From positions 1 to 57,992 of the forward strand of contig JABDDY010000001.1 of NCBI GenBank assembly GCA_013287365.1: a stretch of 57,992 bases of DNA. Reading direction: 5' to 3'. A model generated the notes under the pieces. It saw nothing but the letters and a program-made list of their open reading frames with translations. It did not search any database and had not been told where the DNA came from. The translations under genes and the position numbers were made by a program. This document shows, one piece after another, positions 37,923-46,753 of the stretch (position 1 is its first letter; the number at the start of each line of letters is the position of its first letter). Source of the DNA: Chlamydiota bacterium (GTDB lineage Bacteria; Chlamydiota; Chlamydiia; Chlamydiales; Rhabdochlamydiaceae).

Positions 37923-38765
37923 CTACGTAAGAGCATAACCGCAGTAAAATCCAACGGCGGGGAGGGAGGAGGGACGCGCGCTTAAGCTCTGGAGGATTTT
38001 GCGCCCTTTTTCCTCGCGTAAACAGTTGCTAATGGGTCGAAATTTTAAGTGATGCAAGGTAGCCGTGAGAAAAAGCCTTTGAAGCAAAGAACCTGTCATC
38101 ACCAAATCCTTGCGCTTGAAGCTCCGGATAAAGAGCAACCCCACAAGAGGCGCTGTAATCCGAGCCCAGGAGGGATCCTTTCCAAGAGCTAAGCAGGCTA
38201 AAAGATGGAGCTTGGGAGCCCAGATGTTGGAATGGAGCCAAGTGGCCAGCTCATACTTTGCTGCCTCCTGGCAAAATGAGACATTGCTATAGAGCTCCAC
38301 TTCGGCTTGGATGTTGAGATCCTCCATCTGTCTTGCGATCTCCGGATCGGTGCTGAGAAAAAGAACCTCTCCACCCACTTTTCGCAAAGCCTCGAAAGGC
38401 TCCTTGGGAACGGGCTGTTTACCAAAATGACCTCTGTGGGTAGAGCGCTTATCGAGCATGTCGAAAAGAGGCTGCTTTTCCAGCTTGGGACTGCGGGTCA
38501 AATGGAGCGCGATTTCTGGTGTTTCTCCCTCTAGATTGAACTCTAGCTCCGTATCGTATTGCAAAGCCGCTGCTGTAATAGTTAAATTTTCTAGAACACA
38601 TCCCAGACTCATGTAGAGCTGTTTCTGATCCGGGTCATCAAAGGGAAGCCAGCGCGTCAAATCGGGTAGAATGCGTATGCGCTGCTCGGTAAAATGCAAG
38701 AGCCAAGGACGCGTGTTGCGCGTTGAGGGGGCCATCGTTGCATATTTCATGAAGTCGAGCATCAT
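37923..38765 (-). CDS. Nitroreductase-superfamily protein (Acg/Rv2032-like FMN-binding type)
   Basis: APSTRNTRPW near the N-terminus, then LPFDDPDQKQLYMSLGCVLENLTITAAAL, the typical pattern for this family. ATGA overlap with the upstream peptidase gene. Confidence 0.6.
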   Translation of the reverse strand: MMLDFMKYATMAPSTRNTRPWLLHFTEQRIRILPDLTRWLPFDDPDQKQLYMSLGCVLENLTITAAALQYDTELEFNLEGETPEIALHLTRSPKLEKQPLFDMLDKRSTHRGHFGKQPVPKEPFEALRKVGGEVLFLSTDPEIARQMEDLNIQAEVELYSNVSFCQEAAKYELATWLHSNIWAPKLHLLACLALGKDPSWARITAPLVGLLFIRSFKRKDLVMTGSLLQRLFLTATLHHLKFRPISNCLREEKGRKILQSLSARPSSLPAVGFYCGYALT

Positions 38766-40468
38766 AATCTCACAAACTCCTCTACATCTTTTGAAAAAGA
38801 GCCTATCGTTTCCCTCCAGAACTTGGGATCCCTAAGGTCAATCCCCAAGTGCTTTTGCACAAGCTCCTCTGAGGAAAAAGAGGCGCTATCTGCTAAGAAA
38901 AGATCGACTTTTTGAGGCGATTTTTTCAAGGCCTGGCTCAAAGTAAAACCAAAGGTATAGGGAAAGTTGTAAAAGGGATCTTCTGTTAAATAAAAGTGGA
39001 GTTTCGACGCCCAAAAAAGTGGAAAATAGGCCTCTAGACTATCTTGAAACACCTCTTTTTGTGCAGATTCCATGAGGAAACAGAGCCTGTCTTTGTCGAC
39101 AAAGCCCTTTTGGCGCTCCTTGTAAAAAGAGAGTTCAAAGAGAAAACGGGCATGAAGATTGGTGAAGAAAACAGCAGCCCTTTGCAGCTTGTGGTCGAGC
39201 AGGAAAAGCTTCTCTGTAGAAGAGGCTGCATTTTTACAAAGCTCCTCGATGACAAGAGTTTCGGCAAGCGTTGAGGCCGTTTCAGCAAGATTCATCCGAT
39301 ATTCTTGAGCAAAGTGAGGGAGACCCTTCATGCAATGGCTGTGATAGGCGTGCCCAAGTTCATGGGCAAGTGTCTGGACGCAACCGAAAGTTCCCTGATA
39401 GGTCATAAAAATTCGACTCTCCTGCTCTTTCGGGAAAAAGTAGCAAAAAGCGCCCGCCTGTTTCCCTGAGCGATTTTCTGCCTCGACCCATTTTTTCTCT
39501 AAAGCGCTGCGACAAAAAGCCTCTAGAGGGGGATGCCAGGCTTTGAACGCGCGCAAAACCCGCTCTTTTCCCTCTTCGTAGGAGATGAGTTCTTTGCCTT
39601 CACTCTCCCCTTTCCTCCCCCTTTCACTCCCAAGGGGCGCTTGAAGATCGTGCCAGGAAAGTTTTTCCACTCCCAAATGGCGCGCTTTTGCTGCAAAATA
39701 GCGCAGAAAAAGCGGGCGGCTTTGTAGGACAGCTTCCCACATCGCATCGAGGGTTTTTTTCTCCATACGATTGCCGCGCAGCGGTTCGAAGAGAAGGTCT
39801 GTCCACCCCCTTTGCTCGTAGACCTGAAGACGAAACCCAGAGAGATGATTGAGAAACTGCGCAATGAGATCTGCCTGCTGCGCCCAAGCTTTTTCATAGA
39901 GAGGGGCAAGGCGATTTCGAATCGAGCGATCGGGGTGAAGCAAGAGACTATCTGCCTGGCCCATCGAAAGCTGTTTTCCCTCAAAGGGAACGGAGAGCTT
40001 CCCTACAACGAGGCGATAGAGATTCCAATAGCTGTGGTACCCGTCTATAGAGAGCGCTTGGATGAGCTCTTCTCGCGGGCTATCTAGCCCTTGCCTTGCA
40101 AAAGTGGCCCTCTCTTTAAGAAAATAGGCAAGATGGGGCTGCTTTTGCAAAAGCGACTCTAAATTTTCGGAGGAACTCAGCGCAAGACCGAGGTTAAATA
40201 GGGCTGTCTCTACCCCCGCACCAAGGCTTCCTGTCTGAGCAAGAAGAGCCCCAGCCCTCTGATCGCTGGGATGAACGGCTAAAACACAGCTCGCGTAGGA
40301 CTGGAGCTGTTTAAAAAGTACCGCAGCCTCCTGGAGGCAAAGGCAGGCTTTCTCCAGGGTGGAGTTTTTGAGATGAGAGGAAAAAGAGACAAGGGAGGAA
40401 AGACCTATCGAGAGGTCTTTTTTTGCCTCTTCAGAGTTTGAATAGAGAGTTGTGAGATCCCACTGCAT
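38762..40468 (-). CDS. M3-family oligoendopeptidase (PepF-like)
   Basis: HELGHAYHS zinc motif and the N-terminal WDLTTLY start typical of PepF. Start set at ATG 40468 (MQWDL) rather than the upstream GTG. Confidence 0.85.
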   Translation of the reverse strand: MQWDLTTLYSNSEEAKKDLSIGLSSLVSFSSHLKNSTLEKACLCLQEAAVLFKQLQSYASCVLAVHPSDQRAGALLAQTGSLGAGVETALFNLGLALSSSENLESLLQKQPHLAYFLKERATFARQGLDSPREELIQALSIDGYHSYWNLYRLVVGKLSVPFEGKQLSMGQADSLLLHPDRSIRNRLAPLYEKAWAQQADLIAQFLNHLSGFRLQVYEQRGWTDLLFEPLRGNRMEKKTLDAMWEAVLQSRPLFLRYFAAKARHLGVEKLSWHDLQAPLGSERGRKGESEGKELISYEEGKERVLRAFKAWHPPLEAFCRSALEKKWVEAENRSGKQAGAFCYFFPKEQESRIFMTYQGTFGCVQTLAHELGHAYHSHCMKGLPHFAQEYRMNLAETASTLAETLVIEELCKNAASSTEKLFLLDHKLQRAAVFFTNLHARFLFELSFYKERQKGFVDKDRLCFLMESAQKEVFQDSLEAYFPLFWASKLHFYLTEDPFYNFPYTFGFTLSQALKKSPQKVDLFLADSASFSSEELVQKHLGIDLRDPKFWRETIGSFSKDVEEFVRL

Positions 40469-40498
40469 AAAAAAAATCACTCAGTAAAACTGAGTGAT
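40467..40498 (-). terminator. Intrinsic terminator downstream of the euo-like gene (9-bp stem, 5-nt loop, U-tract)
   Basis: Minus strand reads atcactcag-tttta-ctgagtgat followed by 7 T. The T-run abuts the ATG of the PepF-like gene. Confidence 0.6.
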
Positions 40499-40551
40499 CT
40501 TGATTATAGGCCAACAATCGAAAAAAATTCAAAAAAAAGAAATCGGACTTC

Positions 40552-41025
40552 TTAACTTGCTTGAGAAGTCTGCACTTTTTTCGTCAGATAATTTTCCTGA
40601 TATCCTTTAATGTCCTCGATGTGGATGACCCATGCAGCGCCCTTACGAGAAGCCTTCATGAGACCGATACGGGTCGCATAATAAATCTTCTGCGCAGGAA
40701 CTCCAAGCATCTTCGCAACCTGATTAACAGAGTAGAAACCCTTCTTGTTGTCGAAAAGCAGCTCTCCATTAAAGATCGATTTGGTGCGCGAGTATTTTTG
40801 CTTTCTGTACTCTTCTAAATCACTCAAATCAATCGTCCATCTCGTGGCATCTTTAAAAGCTTTTAGCTTTTTTTGCTTAATTGCAACGTAGATCGCCTGT
40901 CTTGTGACATTATTGATCTTTGCCGCCTCACTAATAGAAACGAGCTGCTTGCCTGACTTTTGAGCCTCTATCTGAGGTGTCTTTTTAGCAGCATCGCTTT
41001 GTGAGTGCATGTGCTCATTGCTCAT
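40552..41025 (-). CDS. euo: Tandem excisionase-type HTH DNA-binding protein, probable EUO (early upstream ORF) homolog
   Basis: Two HTH repeats (ISEAAKINNVTRQAIYVAIKQKKLKAFK..RWTIDLSDLEEY and SVNQVAKMLGVPAQKIYYATRIGLMKASRKGAAWVIHIEDIKGY). The neighbourhood near recJ-secDF and tsp-gltX resembles the Chlamydia trachomatis CT441-CT448 region. Confidence 0.7.
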   Translation of the reverse strand: MSNEHMHSQSDAAKKTPQIEAQKSGKQLVSISEAAKINNVTRQAIYVAIKQKKLKAFKDATRWTIDLSDLEEYRKQKYSRTKSIFNGELLFDNKKGFYSVNQVAKMLGVPAQKIYYATRIGLMKASRKGAAWVIHIEDIKGYQENYLTKKVQTSQAS

Positions 41026-41268
41026 TTTTATCCTCCATTACTACACTCTTTAAGTCTTTTCCCACGGCGGATTTTCATCTTTCCTTAATGTTATTATTAT
41101 CCGTGTACCCAAGTAGATAATTATCTTCACATAAAAGGGACTTGAAATCAACCCCTAATTTCATCTTTTATTAAAAAGAGCCCGATTTTTCTGCCCTATC
41201 ACTTTAAAAATCAATACTTTACAAAAACAAGCTGACCCGAAAAGAAAGCTTGAGGTATCCTTTCAAAT

Positions 41269-43221
41269 ATGAGGAAATGGCTCCTTTTTCTCCCCCTCCT
41301 GCTCTTTTGCTCCCTTTTTGGAGCCAAACCCCCCGAACTAACCCCCAAAGACACGAGGGTCAAGCTCGAGGAGATCCTAAAGGCTCACGCCTCGCACCAT
41401 GAGCTCACCCCTGAGCTCATTACCCGTGCCTTTAGCAATTACCTTGACCTTCTCGATCCAATCAAGACTTATTTAGTTGAAAATGAGGTACTTAAATGGA
41501 AAAGTCCCGAGCCCGAGCTATTGAAGCAAACCATTAGCGAGATCAAAAAAGAAAATTTTAAATCCTTTGAGGAACTCCATGGTGTCATCCTCAGCGCAGT
41601 GGCTAGGCGGGGCTCTATTGAAAAACGGATAGCGCTTTCTACCCTACCACGTAAAATCGACCCCAAAGAGTTTAAAAATCTTTCGTGGGCAAAAGATGAA
41701 GGACAGCTAGAAAACCGAGTCCTGCGTATTCGCGCCCTGCAGATGGAATCGGCAGAAAAGCTGGATACCGACGTGAAAGAGCAGTTTCTCAAAAGGCTAG
41801 AAAAAAGGCGACTTAGCCACGAGGAGGAGCTTGTCTCTACCTCGCCCAAGGAAAGGGCCCAGCTTGTCCTTTCTCTCACCCTCAAATCGGTCAGTGCCGC
41901 GCTCGATTCACAAACCACCTACTTTACCCCTTCAGAAGCAAGCCAATTCATGATCCAGGTGCAGCAGCGTCTTTTTGGCATTGGAGCCAAACTGCGCGAT
42001 GATCTCAATGGATTTACTCTAGTCAGGCTCATCGAAGATGGTCCTGCAAGCACAAGTGGCAAGCTCAAGGTGGGGGATAAAATCATCGCAGTTGCAGGCC
42101 AGCCCGTTGTAGGCATGGACATTACAGAAGCGGTCGAACTCATCCGAGGTCCCAAGGGAACGGCTGTGATTCTCACCATTTTGCGCGAAATCGGTGAGGG
42201 AGAGCAAAAGATCGAAGAAAAACTCGACATCGAAATTGCAAGAGAAGAGGTCGTCCTCAAAGAGTCGCGACTCGACATCAAGCATGAACCCTATGGAGAT
42301 GGAACCATTGGCATCTTGCATCTTTTTTCTTTCTACCAAGATGGAAACAGCTCCTCTGCTTCTGACCTGACAAAAGCCATTGAAACACTTAAAACAACCC
42401 ACCACCTCAAAGGGATCATTTTAGATCTCCGAGACAATGCAGGAGGGCTTCTTCCGCAAGCTGTTGCCGTCACAGGCCTTTTCATCAAAAAGGGGATCGT
42501 TGTCTCAGTCAAAGACAACACCGGATTTTTGCAGCACTTGCGCAACATCGAGGGAACTCCCATCTGGGATGGCCCCTTGCTTGTTTTAACAAACCGCACA
42601 AGCGCCTCTGCCGCTGAAATTGTGGCGCAAACACTCCAAGATTATGGACGCACGCTCGTGGTTGGAGATGAGAGGACCTATGGAAAGGGCACTTTTCAGA
42701 CCTTTACCCTAGAGGCGGCCCATTTTGGCAAGGTCAATCCCAAGGGAGAGTTCAAAGTCACCCGTGGCTACTACTATACTGTCTCTGGCAAAAGCCCTCA
42801 GCTGACAGGCGTAAAGGCAGACATTGTGGTCCCTGGAATCTATTCCCATTTAGACATAGGGGAAAAATTTGCAAAATTTCCCCTTGAAACTGATCAGATT
42901 GCTTCCAATTTTGAAGATACCTTAGCTGATGTGCCGATGATGCACAGAGCGCAAATTAGCCGGCTCTACAAGTTCAATCTACAGCCGATCTTAAATACTT
43001 TAGATCCTTATGTAGAGAACCTTAAGAAAAACTCCGGGGAAAGGCTTGAGCAAAGCAAAAATTACAAAAACTTCCTTAAACAACTCTCTGATAAAGAAGC
43101 CGAGGAGGAAGCTTTTGAACCCTTTGGCCAGAGCGACCTGCAGCTCATCGAAGGATGCAACATCATGAAAGATCTCATCTTCTTCATGAGAGAATCTCAG
43201 CCGATTGCCGCTGGCCAGTAA
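41269..43221 (+). CDS. tsp: Carboxy-terminal processing (tail-specific) protease, S41 family
   Basis: Signal peptide, PDZ region (GDKIIAVAGQPV), catalytic Ser context TNRTSASAAEI and Lys context YGKGTFQ. Confidence 0.88.
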   Translation: MRKWLLFLPLLLFCSLFGAKPPELTPKDTRVKLEEILKAHASHHELTPELITRAFSNYLDLLDPIKTYLVENEVLKWKSPEPELLKQTISEIKKENFKSFEELHGVILSAVARRGSIEKRIALSTLPRKIDPKEFKNLSWAKDEGQLENRVLRIRALQMESAEKLDTDVKEQFLKRLEKRRLSHEEELVSTSPKERAQLVLSLTLKSVSAALDSQTTYFTPSEASQFMIQVQQRLFGIGAKLRDDLNGFTLVRLIEDGPASTSGKLKVGDKIIAVAGQPVVGMDITEAVELIRGPKGTAVILTILREIGEGEQKIEEKLDIEIAREEVVLKESRLDIKHEPYGDGTIGILHLFSFYQDGNSSSASDLTKAIETLKTTHHLKGIILDLRDNAGGLLPQAVAVTGLFIKKGIVVSVKDNTGFLQHLRNIEGTPIWDGPLLVLTNRTSASAAEIVAQTLQDYGRTLVVGDERTYGKGTFQTFTLEAAHFGKVNPKGEFKVTRGYYYTVSGKSPQLTGVKADIVVPGIYSHLDIGEKFAKFPLETDQIASNFEDTLADVPMMHRAQISRLYKFNLQPILNTLDPYVENLKKNSGERLEQSKNYKNFLKQLSDKEAEEEAFEPFGQSDLQLIEGCNIMKDLIFFMRESQPIAAGQ

Positions 43222-43249
43222 AGTCTCATCTCAAGTAAAATACCCCTCT

Positions 43250-44806
43250 ATGACCATACGCACACGCATTGCCCCCTCACCGACTGGCGACCCCCATGTC
43301 GGAACGGCCTACATGGCCCTTTTTAACCTCGCCTTTGCCCGCCGTTTTGGGGGGCAGTTCATCTTGAGGATCGAGGATACCGACCAGACCCGCTCGCGCG
43401 ACCAGTATGAGCTTGCCATTTATCAGTCGCTCCAATGGGCAGGGATTGAATGGGATGAAGGTCCAGATAAAGGCGGCCCTTTCGGCCCTTATCGCCAGTC
43501 AGAGCGCTATGAGATCTACAGAGAGTACTCTCAAAAGCTCCTAGATTCAGGCCACGCCTACAAATGCTTTGCAACGGCAGAAGAGCTTGCCCAAATGCGA
43601 AGAGTCTCTCAAGAAAAGGGGCTCTCCTTCGGCTACGACAGGCGCTACCGCGATCTCCCCCCTGAAGAGGTTAAACAGCGCGAGCAAGAGGGTCAGCCCT
43701 TTACCATTCGCCTCAAAGTGCCCCTATCAGGCCAGTGCATCTACGACGATGCGATCAAAGGACGCGTCAGCGTCCCCTGGGCCGATATCGATGATCAGGT
43801 TCTGCTCAAATCGGATGGTTTTCCGACCTATCACCTTGCAAACGTCGTCGATGATTACCTCATGAAGATCACCCATGTGATCCGCGGCGATGAATGGATG
43901 ACCTCCACGCCCAAGCACATCCTGCTCTATGAAAGCTTTGGGTGGAAACCTCCCATTTTCATGCACATGCCGCTTCTCCTTGGCAAAGATGGCAAAAAAC
44001 TCTCCAAGCGCAAAAACCCCACCTCGATCTTTTACTACCGCGACAGCGGCTACTTGCCCGAGGCGCTTCTCAATTTTCTCTCTTTCATGGGATATAGCCA
44101 CCCCGAGGAGAAACAGATCTATTCCCTGCAAGAGCTCATCGACACCTTCGATCCGAAGCGAATCGGGGTATCAGGGGCTTTCTTTGATCCTCTCAAGCTC
44201 GACTGGATCAACCAGCAGTATCTCATCAACCAGATCCCCGAGCAGCAGCTCTGGCCACGGCTCAAAGAGTGGGCATTCAATGACGATTTCATGGAAAGGC
44301 TCATCCCTCTCTGTCGCCTCCGGATGAAAACCTTTGGCCAGTTCATGGAACTCAGCTCTTTTCTCTTTGTTAACCAGATTCCCTTAAGCCAAGAGCTCCT
44401 CTGCCCCAACCAGGTAAAGCCCGGGCAAGTCTGCTACCTTCTTCAAGCTCTCATCTGGAGCCTCGATGAGCAGGAAGACTGGGGAAAAAATGGCATGGAA
44501 AAAGCCTCTCACGAAATCGCAGAGGTTTTTGGCACCTCTCACAAAAAAACGATCATGCCCATTCTCTACATCGCCTTAACGGGCAAATCGAGCGGTCCCT
44601 CTCTTTTTGATGCAGTAGATCTCCTCGGAAGACACCGCACGCGCGCGCGTCTGCTCCAAGCCATCGAGTTTTTAGGAGGACTCTCTAGCAAACAGAGCTC
44701 TCTTCTGACTAAAGCTTGGCGACAAAAAGCAGGAACCGACCTTTTAACTATCGCGCCGGAGGAGAAGACTCCTCCTCGTTCTCATGAGGCTCCTCATGGG
44801 AAATGA
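43250..44806 (+). CDS. gltX: Glutamate--tRNA ligase
   Basis: RIAPSPTGDPHVGTAY (HIGH region) and KLSKR (KMSKS). Start set at the internal ATG 43250 (MTIRTRIAPSPTG). Confidence 0.92.
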   Translation: MTIRTRIAPSPTGDPHVGTAYMALFNLAFARRFGGQFILRIEDTDQTRSRDQYELAIYQSLQWAGIEWDEGPDKGGPFGPYRQSERYEIYREYSQKLLDSGHAYKCFATAEELAQMRRVSQEKGLSFGYDRRYRDLPPEEVKQREQEGQPFTIRLKVPLSGQCIYDDAIKGRVSVPWADIDDQVLLKSDGFPTYHLANVVDDYLMKITHVIRGDEWMTSTPKHILLYESFGWKPPIFMHMPLLLGKDGKKLSKRKNPTSIFYYRDSGYLPEALLNFLSFMGYSHPEEKQIYSLQELIDTFDPKRIGVSGAFFDPLKLDWINQQYLINQIPEQQLWPRLKEWAFNDDFMERLIPLCRLRMKTFGQFMELSSFLFVNQIPLSQELLCPNQVKPGQVCYLLQALIWSLDEQEDWGKNGMEKASHEIAEVFGTSHKKTIMPILYIALTGKSSGPSLFDAVDLLGRHRTRARLLQAIEFLGGLSSKQSSLLTKAWRQKAGTDLLTIAPEEKTPPRSHEAPHGK

Positions 44807-44882
44807 TGTAATGGGGGTGGTACCCATACTCACCGCAACTGGCAGCACTTAAGAGGAGGGCAATGGTCATGAGAAGTTTCAT
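44748..44882 (-). CDS. Possible small lipoprotein (44 aa)
   Basis: MKLLMTIALLLSAASC is a lipobox-like signal, with aaggtg upstream. However, it overlaps the gltX 3' end by 59 nt. Confidence 0.25.
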   Translation of the reverse strand: MKLLMTIALLLSAASCGEYGYHPHYIISHEEPHENEEESSPPAR

Positions 44883-44906
44883 TTTCACCTTTGTACCCTG
44901 TCTTCT

Positions 44907-45974
44907 ATGAAAATTGCAAATGCAACCGTTCTGCAACGCTCTCTCTTAACCAAAAACCCCTCCTCCAAACCTACCTATCATGTCCGTTTGTGCCTGAAGG
45001 GACAAGAGCTGGACTTTAAACCGGGCGACTCTCTAGGGATCTATGGAAAAAACGCCCCAAGCCTTGTAGAAAGGCTCCTAAATACACTGCACGCAAGCGG
45101 AGAAGAGCAGCTCCTCGATCCACGCTCCAAACAGCTCCTCTCCTTGCGCGACTTTCTCAGTTTCAAGGCCAACATCTGTCGTCTCAATTCGAATCTGGTC
45201 AAACTGGTGCGGCCTCTAGAGGAAAATCCCAAAGACTATACACACTCTCATGATCTTCTCGATCTTCTCTCCGCGGCGCAAACACAAGTAGAACCCCAAG
45301 CTCTCTGCAACTGCTTGCTTCCCCTCCTCCCACGCTTTTATTCTGTTGCCTCCTCTCGCCTGCTTCTTCCAGACGCCGTTGACCTAACCGTTGCCCTCAC
45401 AAGCTATACCCACCAAGAAGAAACGCGCTACGGCATCGCCAGCTACTTCCTCTGCCACCTTGCCAAGCTGCGAGAAACTCCGATTTCTTTTTACGTCCAA
45501 CCAGCCCACCGCTTTGCTCTACCCCCTCATGACGCCCCCATCATCATGGTCGGCCCAGGCACAGGCGTAGCCCCTTTCCGCGCCTTTTTGCAAGAGCGCC
45601 ACCATCTCGATGCAACCGGCAAGAACTGGCTCTTTTTTGGCCACAGACAGCGCAGCTCTGACTTTTTCTACGAAGAGGACTGGGGTCTTTTCATCGCCCA
45701 AAACAGACTCCGCCTTTCCACCGCTTTTTCTCGTGACCAGAGCGAAAAGATCTATGTCCAGCACCGCATGCTGGAAGAGAGCGCCGAGCTTTTCCGCTGG
45801 CTTGAGGAGGGCGCCTACCTCTACGTCTGCGGCGACGCCACCCAAATGGCCAAAGATGTCGAGGCCACGCTCCAGCAGGTTTTGATGAGACATGGCAATC
45901 TTGACCCAGAAGCTGTTAAAGAAAAAATTAAACAGCTCAAAAAAGAGGGTCGATACCTTTTAGATATTTATTGA
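44907..45974 (+). CDS. CysJ-like FAD/NADPH-binding oxidoreductase (no FMN/flavodoxin domain)
   Basis: RFYSVASS (RxYS), GPGTGVAPFRAF, YVCGDATQMAKDV, and the C-terminal GRYLLDIY typical of sulfite reductase flavoprotein / CPR FAD-NADPH modules. Confidence 0.8.
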   Translation: MKIANATVLQRSLLTKNPSSKPTYHVRLCLKGQELDFKPGDSLGIYGKNAPSLVERLLNTLHASGEEQLLDPRSKQLLSLRDFLSFKANICRLNSNLVKLVRPLEENPKDYTHSHDLLDLLSAAQTQVEPQALCNCLLPLLPRFYSVASSRLLLPDAVDLTVALTSYTHQEETRYGIASYFLCHLAKLRETPISFYVQPAHRFALPPHDAPIIMVGPGTGVAPFRAFLQERHHLDATGKNWLFFGHRQRSSDFFYEEDWGLFIAQNRLRLSTAFSRDQSEKIYVQHRMLEESAELFRWLEEGAYLYVCGDATQMAKDVEATLQQVLMRHGNLDPEAVKEKIKQLKKEGRYLLDIY

Positions 45975-46029
45975 AAAATAATACCTATTTATGAGACGAT
46001 CGTGGTGAATAATTATAGAAAGGGTTTAT

Positions 46030-46713
46030 ATGACACACATTACAAAAACCTCTGCAGAGACCGCTCCCGTCTTTCTCTCTTCTTCCTCTTTCCCTCTGCC
46101 TCCTCCTCGGACAATTAAAAATTCTATTACGTCTTATAGCCAAGCCGCAGCGCAAAGCCGCTCCCCCTCTCTTTGGTCACAGCTCGCAGAAATAGGTAAA
46201 AAAATATGCATTTTTTTTGCGGATCTTGTTTATAAAATCTGCAGCTACTGTAGCGGGGCAAGCCATGTACAAGCTACACAAGTCACTCCCACCCAATTAG
46301 CGGATCAACTATTCAATACCCTCATTCAAGAAGCAGAGGTCTTCGCCCAAGAAGTCAAAACGACTTTTGGGGAGCCTAGACAGTCGAAATTCGATTGTAC
46401 TTTCTACATGAGTGGGACAAACAGCAATGGAGAGATTGTAGGTCTAAGCGACACATGGGATACAAAGAAATTTTCAGCTGACACCTCTCAACAAGCTTGC
46501 CAGGAGCTGATCTCCTCGCTGAAAAAAAATGATCGATTTTTTGAAATGCTACAAAATGGCCCCCGCTGTAGCGCTGCTGCAGAGATCCAGTTTTTCTATA
46601 ATGGTTGGTCTAAATACAAACAGATGGCTTTCATTTTAGACGGTGGAACCCTTAGACAAGAAGTCCGGGATACACGGACAAATGCAGAGCTTTTCTATTT
46701 CTCTCAAATGTAA
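46030..46713 (+). CDS. Hypothetical protein: Ser/Pro-rich N-terminus, Cys-rich hydrophobic segment, unknown C-terminal domain
   Basis: ORF of 227 aa. KKICIFFADLVYKICSYC hydrophobic patch. Same architecture as 48736..49329. Confidence 0.5.
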   Translation: MTHITKTSAETAPVFLSSSSFPLPPPRTIKNSITSYSQAAAQSRSPSLWSQLAEIGKKICIFFADLVYKICSYCSGASHVQATQVTPTQLADQLFNTLIQEAEVFAQEVKTTFGEPRQSKFDCTFYMSGTNSNGEIVGLSDTWDTKKFSADTSQQACQELISSLKKNDRFFEMLQNGPRCSAAAEIQFFYNGWSKYKQMAFILDGGTLRQEVRDTRTNAELFYFSQM

Positions 46714-46753
46714 AAACCAAGAAATCGAACTTGTCGCAGGCAGGAGAGCCGTT

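Noticed and set aside
37627-37938. 103-aa ORF ending in GHGHALGHALGHALGQ
   Set aside because: The repeat peptide is simply the translation of the 12-bp tandem repeat and palindromic element. The upstream part is antisense to the EEP gene.
39523-39984. 153-aa and other ORFs inside or antisense to the PepF-like gene, and similar ORFs at 41469..42599 antisense to tsp
   Set aside because: They are nested in genes with clear catalytic motifs, and their translations are Ser/Arg-rich low-complexity sequence typical of antisense frames.
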